NCBI GenBank assembly: GCA_002269645.1
Contig: NIVC01000003.1
Location: forward strand, 248,001-312,000
Source: Macrostomum lignano
Lineage: Eukaryota
DNA: 64,000 nucleotides
Direction: 5' to 3'
Within the stretch, counting starts at the first letter, position 1, and the number at the start of each line of letters is the position of its first letter. Positions 36,601 through 48,967 of this stretch are shown here, piece by piece. The notes beneath the pieces are model-generated. The model was not told the origin of the DNA. It searched no databases and saw nothing but the letters and a program-made list of their open reading frames with translations. Made by a program: the position numbers and the translations under genes.

Positions 36601-39600
36601 CAGATGGTGAGCAAGTTGAAGAAATTATAGTTGCCGGACACTATGATGGAGCATTGCAGGAGCAGCTGAAAAATTGGTACAGTGATATACTAATAGTGTG
36701 TAAATATGTAATAGTGTCTAGGTCTGGGGTGGCGGCTCAGCAACTGAGGGTCTGGGTGGGGGGGGGGGGCAGTGGCGGTGGCCCAGCAACCGAGAGTCTG
36801 GAAGGAGTGGCTGTGGCCCAGCAACTGAGGATCTGGGAGGAGTGGCAGCATACATGAGCAACCTCCGAAATTTGGTCGGCCATGCGACTTAGTTTCAACA
36901 AAAATGCGACGTAGTTTTTGGCCAAAAATGCGACTTACATGTAAAAAAACCCTAAAGCAAAATTAACGCAACTTTGGGTAAACGGCAGGAGTAACTATGA
37001 CTGTCCTATTAAGCCAAAATGCCTCGTCAGCTACTTAGTACTACTACTTGGTTATTTTTTCAGGTGGGCATTTTTGCGACTTCCTTGGTTGGCCGCCAGA
37101 TCGGTCGGCCGGATCGGCCGACTCGGCCGACTGTTGCGCATGTATGAGTGGCAGTGGCCCACAACTGAGGATCTGGGGGGAGTGGCAGTGGCCCACAACT
37201 GAGGATCTGGGGGGAGTGGCAGTGGCCCATAACTGAGGATCTGGGGGAGGGGTGGCGGTAGCCCAGCAACTGAGGATCTAGCCCAGTTTATAACTATTAT
37301 AGATACACCTAGCAAGTTAACCTCAGCCTCTCACCTGCGAGAAGAAGCAGAACTTCCTAACCGCCCGGACGGGCACAAAGAACAGAAACGGCACAGCAAT
37401 TTCGATAACGAAGGTGGCCACAACGCACAGAGCCTGGAACCAGGGCGGCAGCTGGTGGGAGAACCAGGCCAACGGAGTCGGCAGGCACTGGCGGAGACGG
37501 GGAGATAATCATGGCCTGAGTTCGGGACACAGAGTTTTGCATTCTACGAGCATTTACTGTAAATTTACTCTAACCTCTAAAAACTACTTGCAGTAGGAAC
37601 ATGTGCAGATTATTTGTTATTCCTCGGTATACACAGTATACCCAGCACTGCTTTGGCATTGCCTGTGTCTAAACTGCTTCAGCATTGCCTGTGTCTGAAC
37701 TGCTTTGGCATTGCCAATGTCTAAACTGCTTCAGCATTGCCTGTGTCTAAACTGCTTCAGCATTGCCTGTGTCTAAACTGCTTCAGCATTGCATGTGTCT
37801 AAACTGCTTCAGCATTGCCAATGTCTAAACTGCTTCAGCATTGCCTGTGTCTGAACTGCTTCAGCATTGCCTGTGTCTGAACTGCTTCAGCATTGCCTGT
37901 GTCTAAACTGCTTCAGCATTGCCTGTGTCTGAACTGCTTCAGCATTGCCTGTGTCTAAACTGCTTCAGCATTGCCTATGTCTGAACTGCTTCAGCATTGC
38001 CTGTGTCTAAACTGCTTTGGCATTGCCTGTGTCTGAACTGCTTCAGCATTGCCTGTGTCTGAACTGCTTCAGCATTGCATGTGTCTAAACTGCTTTGGCA
38101 TTGCCTGTGTCTGAACTGCTTCAGCATTGCCTGTGTCTGAACTGCTTCAGCATTGCCTGTGTCTAAACTGCTTCAGCATTGCCTGTGTCTGAACTGCTTT
38201 GGCATTGCCTGTGTCTGAACTGCTTCAGCATTGCCTGTGTCTGAACTGCTTCAGCATTGCCTGTGTCTAAACTGCTTCAGCATTGCCTGTGTCTGAACTG
38301 CTTTGGCATTGCCTGTGTCTGAACTGCTTCAGCATTGCCTGTGTCTGAACTGCTTCAGCATTGCCTGTGTCTAAACTGCTTCAGCATTGCATGTGTCTAA
38401 ACTGCTTCAGCATTGCCTGTGTCTGAACTGCTTCAGCATTGCCTGTGTCTAAACTGCTTTGGCATTGCCTGTGTCTAAACTGCTTCAGCATTGCCAATGT
38501 CTGAACTGCTTCAGCATTGCCTGTGTCTAAACTGCTTCAGCATTGCCTGTGTCTAAACTGCTTCAGCATTCAGCCGACAGCCTGCAGCTCACCTGGGACT
38601 CGTAGTGCCAATCAAGCGCCGTGAGGCCCCACCAGGTGGGACAGCCGCTGGTGAGCTTGACCACACCCGAGGCCAGCATGAGGCGAAACAGCAGCCACTT
38701 GACGGCGAACATGCCCAGGCCGCTGCTGACCCGATCGGAGCCCTCGATGGGCAGGCGGAGGGACAGGCCGATGGCCAGGAAGCCGGCCTCCAGCAGCAGG
38801 ATGTCCCACTGGAACCACATGAACGTCTGGCCGACGCTGAACAGTGACAGGTACAGCAGCCAGAGCAGGGCGTACACTGGCAGGCTGCCGAACCATGGCA
38901 GCGCGCAGGCGGCGAAGGCGAGCAGACAGCCCAGGCTGGCGACCAGTTCAGCCGCCTGAGCGTAGCTGAGGCCCAGCTGGGGGGCCAGGCGCAGCAGAGA
39001 CGGCTGGCCGCTGAACAGCTGCTGCACCGAGTGAACTTCTGCGACAGGACAGTGGCGCATGTGGGATGTTTGACGGGGTTCCGGCTACAAAGACTGTGAT
39101 TGAATATACTATTATACTATTATATATATATACTATTTCCAGAAGTAGCTATAATGACAATTAAACATGATAAGCCAATAGTTTATAACTATGAGAATAA
39201 AAGTTATTCATTAAATACATACCATCATTTGAAATGCTGGCATAGATAGGTAAAATGCCATTGTCTCCATATAATCCTGAAGGGAAAAAGTAAAAAGAAT
39301 ACAGAATATAAATTAAAATTCGTTTAATCATTCTTATAGGTAATATTTAATATAAAACCATTTATGTTACTATTTTCAAAATAAATTACAAATAAAAAAT
39401 TCCATTATAGTAATTAAATAAATCAAAATTGGTTAACCTTTTGTACTAAGCTAAATGATCCAGGTAAACTTATTAACTGTCCATTTTTACGAGTATGTCT
39501 ATCTGAATATCTACTATGAGTAGAAAGACCTACACATTGGTATAAATCTTGCTATATACATAGTATATATCTATAATAGTATACACTAGTGCATTAAGCC

Positions 39601-42600
39601 CCCATGGGGGCATTTGAATTCAAAATCCAAACATTGAAAGCATGAAAATTGTTTTTTTTGAATATTTGACCCTCTTCTAAATCTATTTTTCATTGTTTGA
39701 AATTTTATATATACTCCAGCAACATTGAAAAGTTGCCACTATGGCGCCAGTGAGCAATTTCTCTTGGACTATTCTGAAATAAAATATACAAGAAAACTGA
39801 TTGGGTAGCTTTAATCCATCCAACAAAACCCTCGCACACCACATCCCTCTCACTTCATTCCTCAACTCAAGCCTGCCACGACATTGCAAGTTGCGTCACT
39901 TAGAAAGATGGAGAAGCTTACCTACACTCTAAAAATTGGCAACCACAGACTTTTTGATGTTCCTGAGTATAAGCACACTATGACACCCAGCCCCTGATGG
40001 TGGGCTTTCAAGTAAAAAACTCAAACATTGAAAGCATTAACAACTTTGTTTTTCAAATATTTGACCCACTAACAATTGGTAGAAATTTATATACTGATTT
40101 GCCAAATGAACTTAAATCAATTGGGCCCATTAGCTACTGCCCACCATCTACAACTGCACCACCCAGTGTTGTATTCATAAAATAAGACAAACAAAATCAG
40201 ATCAGTTTAGGGGGTTGATAAATTTTAGGCCAGCTTTTTAACCCCCCATGCACCCACTCTTTTATCAAGGATAATAGAATTCAACCAACCAACCCCACAA
40301 ATTGCAAGCCTGCCACACAAAGGGTCATAAAAATCCTTTTGCTTAATTGTGGTGAGTGTATATCCTACACTGTACATTGGCAAAGGAGAGGCCTAAATGG
40401 TTGAACTGAGCAATTAAATTTAGAAATAGAGTGCCCATTGAAAACATTAGGAAATTAATTTTTCAAATATTTGACCCACTTCCCATTTGAATTTTTCATC
40501 AAAAAAGTTAAGCATAATCCCCAAAAAAATTAGATTTTTTAAAGCAAATTTGAAAAAAATTGGTCAGACAGTTCTTGAAAAAATCAATGACAAACAGACA
40601 GACAGACAGATAAACAGCATAAAATTAGTACATAGATTTATTTACTATTTGACCTTATCAATAAATAGTTCAACATTTTAAGAAAATGAGCCTAATTCAT
40701 AAAAATACAATTATAACTATCATATATGGCATTGCTAAGTTTTATTGCTAAAGGTAATATAAAGTTTGTAGAAATGGACAAACATGGAAAATGTTAGCTT
40801 TTTAAATTCTGCTATGTTGTGTATATACAAACTGTAACAAATTGTTTTTGTGCAAGTGTAATTAGTTAAGCTTATTTTATTTAATTTAGTTGGTTTAGTT
40901 AATAATAACATTATCACTAAAAAGTAATTTTATCTTCTAGCAGACAAACTAATAACAGATAAAAAGTGACTTAACCCCAATTTTAAATATAGTCAATTAA
41001 CTTAAGGCTAAGTTAGAATTTTGGTTTGGGTCTATTTATAAAAATAATGCTTTATAATTACCTAGATTAAGGCTAATTTAAGGAAAATTGGAATTAAATT
41101 CAAATTAAAAAAATTCAAATTGAAAGGCTAAATTAAATCAAGCTAAAATAAGCTATAATTAAGGGGATAATTAGGGACTCCACCTTACAAGCTAAAGTTC
41201 CTAATTATCGCTTTGCTTGTTCTCTAGGTCCAATTTTTGTAAAAAAAAATTGCCAAATCTAGTTTCCTAGTGTCATTGTGAGCAGAATGATATATTATTT
41301 TTATACATAAGTTACTTGTGCTCCACTTTATGAACTTAAGTTGAAAGGCCCTTTGTGCATTTTTGTTAAAATTTCATATCTTTACCTTGTAAAAACATGC
41401 AAATCAGTTTTTATTTAAATAGCTATCAATTTTTACAATTATATATACATGGAAAAGTTAGGACAACCATTGTGCCTATAATTGATAATGTAATTTTTTC
41501 AATTTTGGGAAACGTCGTAACAACAGTTACAGAAATACAGAAATCTTGCATGTTTTTTCCAAAACAGACTTTGTATTGCACGTCTTTGCTATTCCATCTT
41601 TTTAGCGAAATATAGAGGTCAAATCTAAGCAATTTGAAAGCTAAAAAAGTAATAAATAATCGTTTTAAAAACTTGCATGTATAATACTATTAAAAGTAAA
41701 GCATATGGTAAAAAAGTAACTTATTTTATTTGAAACCTAAAAGCTAATAGTGAGAAATTCATAATTAAATATGCATAGGATAGTTGTTTCAGTATGTATT
41801 GGTTTCCCGACAGACATTCAGACAGACATTCAGAAATCGTTCATTAAATGTTTAACAAAATTTTCTATTTATTACGCAAGATACTGTGAATTTATAGAAA
41901 CTTTTACGCATGTCTCTGCTTTAAAAAGACACCTCAGACACACACAAAGACGCTTCACAAGCTGAGATATTCCCTAGCAACTGTTGTTACGACGTTTCCC
42001 AATATACCGAATACTGTATATAGTAGTTTTTTGAGAAGCCGCTACATCGTCCCACTTTGGTCTTTCTGCATGAAATTTGCACAGCTGTTTTACGCATGTC
42101 TCTGCTTTAAAAAGACACCTCAGACACACACAAAGACGCTTCACAAGCTGAGATATTCCCTAGCAACTGTTGTTACGACGTTTCCCAATATACCGAATAC
42201 TGTATATAGTAGTTTTTTGAGAAGCCGCTACATCGTCCCACTTTGGTCTTTCTGCATGAAATTTGCACAGCTGTTTTACGCATGTCTCTGCTTTAAAAAG
42301 ACACCTCAGACACACACAAAGACGCTTCAAAAGCTGAGATATTCCCTAGCAACTGTTGTTACGACGTTTCCCAATATACCGAATACTGTATATAGTAGTT
42401 TTTTGAGAAGCCGCTACATCGTCCCACTTTGGTCTTTCTGCATGAAATTTGCACAGCTGTTTTACGCATGTCTCTGCTTTAAAAAGACACCTCAGACACA
42501 CACAAAGACGCTTCACAAGCTGAGATATTCCCTAGCAACTGTTGTTACGACGTTTCCCAATATACCGAATACTGTATATAGTAGTTTTTTGAGAAGCCGC

Positions 42601-45600
42601 TACATCGTCCCACTTTGGTCTTTCTGCATGAAATTTGCACAGCTGTTTTACGCATGTCTCTGCTTTAAAAAGACACCTCAGACACACACAAAGACGCTTC
42701 ACAAGCTGAGATATTCCCTAGCAACTGTTGTTACGACGTTTTGATGAGGACGCACTTTTTCCCAAATCCCGCGCTGGCACATGGGCTCTAAACTTACTAG
42801 CCTACTGACAGCAGGCTAAGGGCAATTTTATTCTCTTTTATCTTTTATTGGAGTCTTAGACTACTAGCAGTATTATTGAATGATGATGTTGAATAAAGAA
42901 AGGGACAATGCAGTTATCGCGGATCAAGTCTGACGTGATATTTATGGGTTGTTTTATGTTTCGTTGCACGAAATGTTTTGATGCTTATTTTCTGTAGTTT
43001 GATTCTCAGTTGCTGACGGGATTACCCCATCGTCTGAGTCGATAACATTTATTCTGTTCGATTTTACTAATGTGCACTGTTTAGCAAAGTGATCACTTTT
43101 CCGACGTTTGGCGCCTGTCTTTGGCGTTTGCACGTTCTGCAGTTGTTCGGTGGGCGATTTCGCTTACCCTTGTCGGAGTTGTCAATTGCGAATCGGTTTG
43201 AGACTCATTTGCTTCTGCGGTAGGCAGATCAATTTCTTAAAGTGATACCTGATACTCTCCAGTCATAATTTAGTCGCAAACTTTCTTTGCCATTTTGAGA
43301 GTCAGGTCTTACTTTATTCTGGTAGTCGTTCGACAAATTTGCTATCTCGATAAAAGATAAAAGAGAATAAAAATGCCCTTAGCCTGCTGTCAGTAGGCTA
43401 GTAAGTTTAGAGCCCATGTGCCAGTGCGGGATTTGGGAAAAAGTGCGTCCTCATCAAAATGTCGTAAAAACATTTGCTAGGGAATATCTCAGCTTGTGAA
43501 GCGTCTTTGTGTGTGTCTGAGGTGTCTTTTTAAAGCAGAGACATGCGTAAAACAGCTGTGCAAATTTCATGCAGAAAGACCAAAGTGGGACGATGTAGCG
43601 GCTTCTCAAAAAACTACTATATACAGTATTCGGTATATTGGGAAACGTCGTAACAACAGTTGCTAGGGAATATCTCAGCTTGTGAAGCGTCTTTGTGTGT
43701 GTCTGAGGTGTCTTTTTAAAGCAGAGACATGCGTAAAACAGCTGTGCAAATTTCATGCAGAAAGACCAAAGTGGGACGATGTAGCGGCTTCTCAAAAAAC
43801 TACTATATACAGTATTCGGTATATTGGGAAACGTCGTAACAACAGTTGCTAGGGAATATCTCAGCTTGTGAAGCGTCTTTGTGTGTGTCTGAGGTGTCTT
43901 TTTAAAGCAGAGACATGCGTAAAACAGCTGTGCAAATTTCATGCAGAAAGACCAAAGTGGGACGATGTAGCGGCTTCTCAAAAAACTACTATATACAGTA
44001 TTCGGTATATTGGGAAACGTCGTAACAACAGTTGCTAGGGAATATCTCAGCTTGTGAAGCGTCTTTGTGTGTGTCTGAGGTGTCTTTTTAAAGCAGAGAC
44101 ATGCGTAAAACAGCTGTGCAAATTTCATGCAGAAAGACCAAAGTGGGACGATGTAGCGGCTTCTCAAAAAACTACTATATACAGTATTCGGTATATTGGG
44201 AAACGTCGTAACAACAGTTGCTAGGGAATATCTCAGCTTGTGAAGCGTCTTTGTGTGTGTCTGAGGTGTCTTTTTAAAGCAGAGACATGCGTAAAACAGC
44301 TGTGCAAATTTCATGCAGAAAGACCAAAGTGGGACGATGTAGCGGCTTCTCAAAAAACTACTATATACAGTATTCGGTATATTGGGAAACGTCGTAACAA
44401 CAGTTGCTAGGGAATATCTCAGCTTGTGAAGCGTCTTTGTGTGTGTCTGAGGTGTCTTTTTAAAGCAGAGACATGCGTAAAACAGCTGTGCAAATTTCAT
44501 GCAGAAAGACCAAAGTGGGACGATGTAGCGGCTTCTCAAAAAACTACTATATACAGTATTCGGTATATTGGGAAACGTCGTAACAACAGTTGCTAGGGAA
44601 TATCTCAGCTTGTGAAGCGTCTTTGTGTGTGTCTGAGGTGTCTTTTTAAAGCAGAGACATGCGTAAAACAGCTGTGCAAATTTCATGCAGAAAGACCAAA
44701 GTGGGACGATGTAGCGGCTTCTCAAAAAACTACTATATACAGTATTCGGTATATTGGGAAACGTCGTAACAACAGTTGCTAGGGAATATCTCAGCTTGTG
44801 AAGCGTCTTTGTGTGTGTCTGAGGTGTCTTTTTAAAGCAGAGACATGCGTAAAACAGCTGTGCAAATTTCATGCAGAAAGACCAAAGTGGGACGATGTAG
44901 CGGCTTCTCAAAAAACTACTATATACAGTATTCGGTATATTGGGAAACGTCGTAACAACAGTTGCTAGGGAATATCTCAGCTTGTGAAGCGTCTTTGTGT
45001 GTGTCTGAGGTGTCTTTTTAAAGCAGAGACATGCGTAAAACAGCTGTGCAAATTTCATGCAGAAAGACCAAAGTGGGACGATGTAGCGGCTTCTCAAAAA
45101 ACTACTATATACAGTATTCGGTATATTGGGAAACGTCGTAACAACAGTTGCTAGGGAATATCTCAGCTTGTGAAGCGTCTTTGTGTGTGTCTGAGGTGTC
45201 TTTTTAAAGCAGAGACATGCGTAAAACAGCTGTGCAAATTTCATGCAGAAAGACCAAAGTGGGACGATGTAGCGGCTTCTCAAAAAACTACTATATACAG
45301 TATTCGGTATATTGGGAAACGTCGTAACAACAGTTGCTAGGGAATATCTCAGCTTGTGAAGCGTCTTTGTGTGTGTCTGAGGTGTCTTTTTAAAGCAGAG
45401 ACATGCGTAAAACAGCTGTGCAAATTTCATGCAGAAAGACCAAAGTGGGACGATGTAGCGGCTTCTCAAAAAACTACTATATACAGTATTCGGTATATTG
45501 GGAAACGTCGTAACAACAGTTGCTAGGGAATATCTCAGCTTGTGAAGCGTCTTTGTGTGTGTCTGAGGTGTCTTTTTAAAGCAGAGACATGCGTAAAACA

Positions 45601-47931
45601 GCTGTGCAAATTTCATGCAGAAAGACCAAAGTGGGACGATGTAGCGGCTTCTCAAAAAACTACTATATACAGTATTCGGTATATTGGGAAACGTCGTAAC
45701 AACAGTTGCTAGGGAATATCTCAGCTTGTGAAGCGTCTTTGTGTGTGTCTGAGGTGTCTTTTTAAAGCAGAGACATGCGTAAAACAGCTGTGCAAATTTC
45801 ATGCAGAAAGACCAAAGTGGGACGATGTAGCGGCTTCTCAAAAAACTACTATATACAGTATTCGGTATATTGGGAAACGTCGTAACAACAGTTGCTAGGG
45901 AATATCTCAGCTTGTGAAGCGTCTTTGTGTGTGTCTGAGGTGTCTTTTTAAAGCAGAGACATGCGTAAAACAGCTGTGCAAATTTCATGCAGAAAGACCA
46001 AAGTGGGACGATGTAGCGGCTTCTCAAAAAACTACTATATACAGTATTCGGTATATTGGGAAACGTCGTAACAACAGTTGCTAGGGAATATCTCAGCTTG
46101 TGAAGCGTCTTTGTGTGTGTCTGAGGTGTCTTTTTAAAGCAGAGACATGCGTAAAACAGCTGTGCAAATTTCATGCAGAAAGACCAAAGTGGGACGATGT
46201 AGCGGCTTCTCAAAAAACTACTATATACAGTATTCGGTATATTGGGAAACGTCGTAACAACAGTTGCTAGGGAATATCTCAGCTTGTGAAGCGTCTTTGT
46301 GTGTGTCTGAGGTGTCTTTTTAAAGCAGAGACATGCGTAAAACAGCTGTGCAAATTTCATGCAGAAAGACCAAAGTGGGACGATGTAGCGGCTTCTCAAA
46401 AAACTACTATATACAGTATTCGGTATATTGGGAAACGTCGTAACAACAGTTGCTAGGGAATATCTCAGCTTGTGAAGCGTCTTTGTGTGTGTCTGAGGTG
46501 TCTTTTTAAAGCAGAGACATGCGTAAAACAGCTGTGCAAATTTCATGCAGAAAGACCAAAGTGGGACGATGTAGCGGCTTCTCAAAAAACTACTATATAC
46601 AGTATTCGGTATATTGGGAAACGTCGTAACAACAGTTGCTAGGGAATATCTCAGCTTGTGAAGCGTCTTTGTGTGTGTCTGAGGTGTCTTTTTAAAGCAG
46701 AGACATGCGTAAAAGTTTCTATAAATTCACAGTATCTTGCGTAATAAATAGAAAATTTTGTTAAACATTTAATGAACGATTTCTGAATGTCTGTCTGAAT
46801 GTCTGTCGGGAAACCAATACATACTGAAACAACTATCCTATGCATATTTAATTATGAATTTCTCACTATTAGCTTTTAGGTTTCAAATAAAATAAGTTAC
46901 TTTTTTACCATATGCTTTACTTTTAATAGTATTATACATGCAAGTTTTTAAAACGATTATTTATTACTTTTTTAGCTTTCAAATTGCTTAGATTTGACCT
47001 CTATATTTCGCTAAAAAGATGGAATAGCAAAGACGTGCAATACAAAGTCTGTTTTGGAAAAAACATGCAAGATTTCTGTATTTTCTATGTTAACTTTAAT
47101 GGATTAACGCTTATTAACGATTATCAGTTAACTTTCAGTTAACTTAACGAAATTAGGAGTTAAAAAGTTAAGATTTTTTTGTTTTAACGCTAACACTTTT
47201 GCTATTAATGGAAGTTAAGATTTTCATTAATGGTGCCCAACACTGCTATGCTATATGCAATGCAATACTAATAAAAAAAATAAAAATATAGATTTATTGA
47301 ACAAATAACAATAAAAAAATAATTTTAAACTTTGTGCCTTAAATATTTTTCTCAATTGTTAGCAAATAAAAGTATTTAAAATACTTCTTTAATAATTGTC
47401 TTTTCTCAGTGCATCATCCATGTTGCAAATGTGCATACTTTTTAAGATTATTATTCTGTATGAAAAATAAATTCAAGAATAACTAACTCTAGTATACAAA
47501 GTTGAAAACATTTTTAGTCCTGGCATACAAAGGTGGTCCTATACTTTTTCATCCAACTGTACCTGGCATACACTAATACACAATCCAAACTATGGGTTAT
47601 TGGCCATATTAAAAAGTGTATTTCAACTTGTAATAATAGCATAGGATTAGTCTATAGGGCCCTATAACTGAGTTAAAATTAAAACATGTAGCAATAAATA
47701 TACCAATCAAAAAACCTATTAAAACACCTATTATATTATAGTTAATAAAACTATCAACTATATTATACTCCAAGAATCCAAAGCTAAATATTTAGCAAGA
47801 CTACAAGTTCCTACAAGTTAACTTGATTTAACAAACTTACCGGGCAGCTGTACATATATGGAAACAAATGCTATCAAATAAACGAAATTCAAGGCAGAAA
47901 GAAATCGATTAAAAAGCATAACTTGTGACAT
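33672..47931 (-). CDS. LMF2: Lipase maturation factor 2 (~649 aa)
   Basis: Exons (-) 47841-47931, 39223-39276, 38593-39038, 37335-37487, 36536-36665, 36335-36451, 36140-36245, 35075-35290, 33672-34308, all phase-consistent. [107 protein letters not shown]. Confidence 0.95.
34325..35048. repeat. 21-bp minisatellite in LMF2 intron 8
   Basis: CTGATGGGGACTGTGGGAGCT period. Confidence 0.95.
35335..36130. repeat. 30-31-bp minisatellite in LMF2 intron 7
   Basis: CCCCAGATAGAAACCCCACACCCCAACCCAT period. Confidence 0.95.
36849..37146. mobile_element. 298-bp non-autonomous DNA transposon (hAT-like MITE) carrying a 28S rDNA fragment
   Basis: TIR CATACATGAGCAAC / GTTGCGCATGTATG; 8-bp TSD AGTGGCAG (36841-36848, 37147-37154); subterminal ATGCGACT and TCGGCC repeats. 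Confidence 0.85.
36976..37039 (+). other. Degenerate 28S rDNA fragment (H69-H71 region, R2/Pokey/I-PpoI target)
   Basis: GGGTAAACGGCAGGAGTAACTATGACTGTCCTATTAAGCCAAAATGCCTCGTCAGCTACTTAGT versus the conserved 28S GGGTAAACGGCGGGAGTAACTATGACTCTCTTAAGGTAGCCAAATGCCTCGTCATCTAATTAGT. Confidence 0.88.
37645..38570. repeat. 26-bp minisatellite in LMF2 intron 3
   Basis: ACTGCTTCAGCATTGCCTGTGTCT(A/G)A, about 35 copies. Confidence 0.96.
39585..40637 (+). mobile_element. Helentron/DINE-1/Lep1-like non-autonomous element
   Basis: 5' ACTAGT...CCCCCATGGGGG; internally repeated CAAACATTGAAAGCAT...AATATTTGACCC modules; 3' (GACA)n followed by ...ACATAGAT, an architecture typical of HINE-like elements. Confidence 0.4.
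41902..42740 (+). repeat. 186-bp tandem repeat, about 4.5 copies (left arm)
   Basis: Period 186 (42031 to 42217). Confidence 0.97.
43458..46714 (-). repeat. 186-bp tandem repeat, about 17.5 essentially identical copies (right arm, inverted)
   Basis: Reverse complement of the left-arm unit; produces the 62-aa-repeat ORF. Confidence 0.97.
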
Positions 47932-48967
47932 TTTAGTGAAGTAATTAAAGCTGTTTTACTGTCTAGAGGTAAGTAGGGCCTAAAATTATTCAACAATACA
48001 AGGCTGCAAGACTGGGCAAGACAATAGGCTTATTTAAATAATGAAAAAATATAGACGTAGCTAATGTGCAAGACTGATGTTGTAAATTTTAGAGATTGAA
48101 ATTCAGACCAAAATGGATTAATCTAAAAAAACAGGGCCTAGACAGTATACATTAGATAAGATTCAAAACAGATAAATCGATTGAGTTTGATAAGAAAAAT
48201 TTTTGTTTCATAGAAAGCTTTTCGCTGAAATTTCGCCAATATGGGAGGCTCTTCATATTGCTTGTTCTGGTTCTAGAACCAGAACCAATTTGTAAAGTTT
48301 AACTTTTTGTCTCCATAACTAGAGGGATATTAGTGCTTTAATACTTTGATTATTGAATGGCAATAGCCAAGAAGAAAGTGAAAAATTGTGCAAAGTGATG
48401 CTGTTAGGGCACTCGAACATTCAACAAAGTTAAATAGTTATACTGCTTTTTTTCTTGGAAATCCGAACCGATTCTGGTTCTGGAATCGATTGCCGTGAAG
48501 AGGCTCTGGGTTTCATTTAAATAAATATAAAACTAAAACGGCCTCACGGCTACCTTGATTTATCCTAAGCAATTCATTCTCAATGCAAGCAATGTATGTC
48601 GCTTCAGTAGAGTTAAACAGTTGTTTTAGCAGTCCTTGTTCTGGAAATTATTTGATTGCATAGTTCTTGGAAATATCGAATCTGTGAACTTGTGAATATC
48701 ACAACATCATCAGTGATGAGTACAGATTTGGCGATTATGCTTTAAAGTTTTTTTCAGAAATTTTCATTCGGTTTTTATTGATTTATCGCTAGTAGTAAAC
48801 ATATTTTAAACGAAAATAGCAAGAAGAAAAATTATTACTTTAGTCAATTTTCATTTTAATACTATTTATTGAGAAGCTTGACTTAGTCCTAAACAGCCTA
48901 GACTCCTAGCTCCTAATCTTATCTTAAGTAAGTCTTACTGAAGTTACTGACTGCGACTGATTTCATA
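47932..48967. promoter_or_regulatory. Putative bidirectional promoter between LMF2 and the QPRT-like gene
   Basis: Divergent ATGs at 47931 (-) and 48968 (+); 22-bp perfect palindrome at 48264-48285; several TTCnn(n)GAA motifs. Confidence 0.6.

Larger units (their letters stand above)
36725..37280. repeat. ~34-bp minisatellite interrupted by a MITE, LMF2 intron 4
   Basis: GAGTGGCAGTGGCCCA(G/C)CAACTGAGGATCTGGGGG units on both sides of 36849-37146. Confidence 0.85.
41531..47086. mobile_element. Foldback-like giant palindrome (arms ~41531-42848 and 43350-47086, 501-bp spacer) in LMF2 intron 1
   Basis: Arms are reverse complements with a few substitutions and contain 186-bp tandem arrays of unequal copy number. 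Confidence 0.85.

Noticed and set aside
36976-37039. Functional rRNA gene
   Set aside because: Only ~64 bp, diverged at invariant positions, and inside a MITE in an intron
42849-43349. Transposase remnant in the palindrome spacer
   Set aside because: Only short stop-interrupted frames; no DDE or DNA-binding motif recognised
41902-46714. CRISPR-like array
   Set aside because: Units are contiguous identical tandem repeats with no unique spacers, there are no cas genes, and the context is eukaryotic
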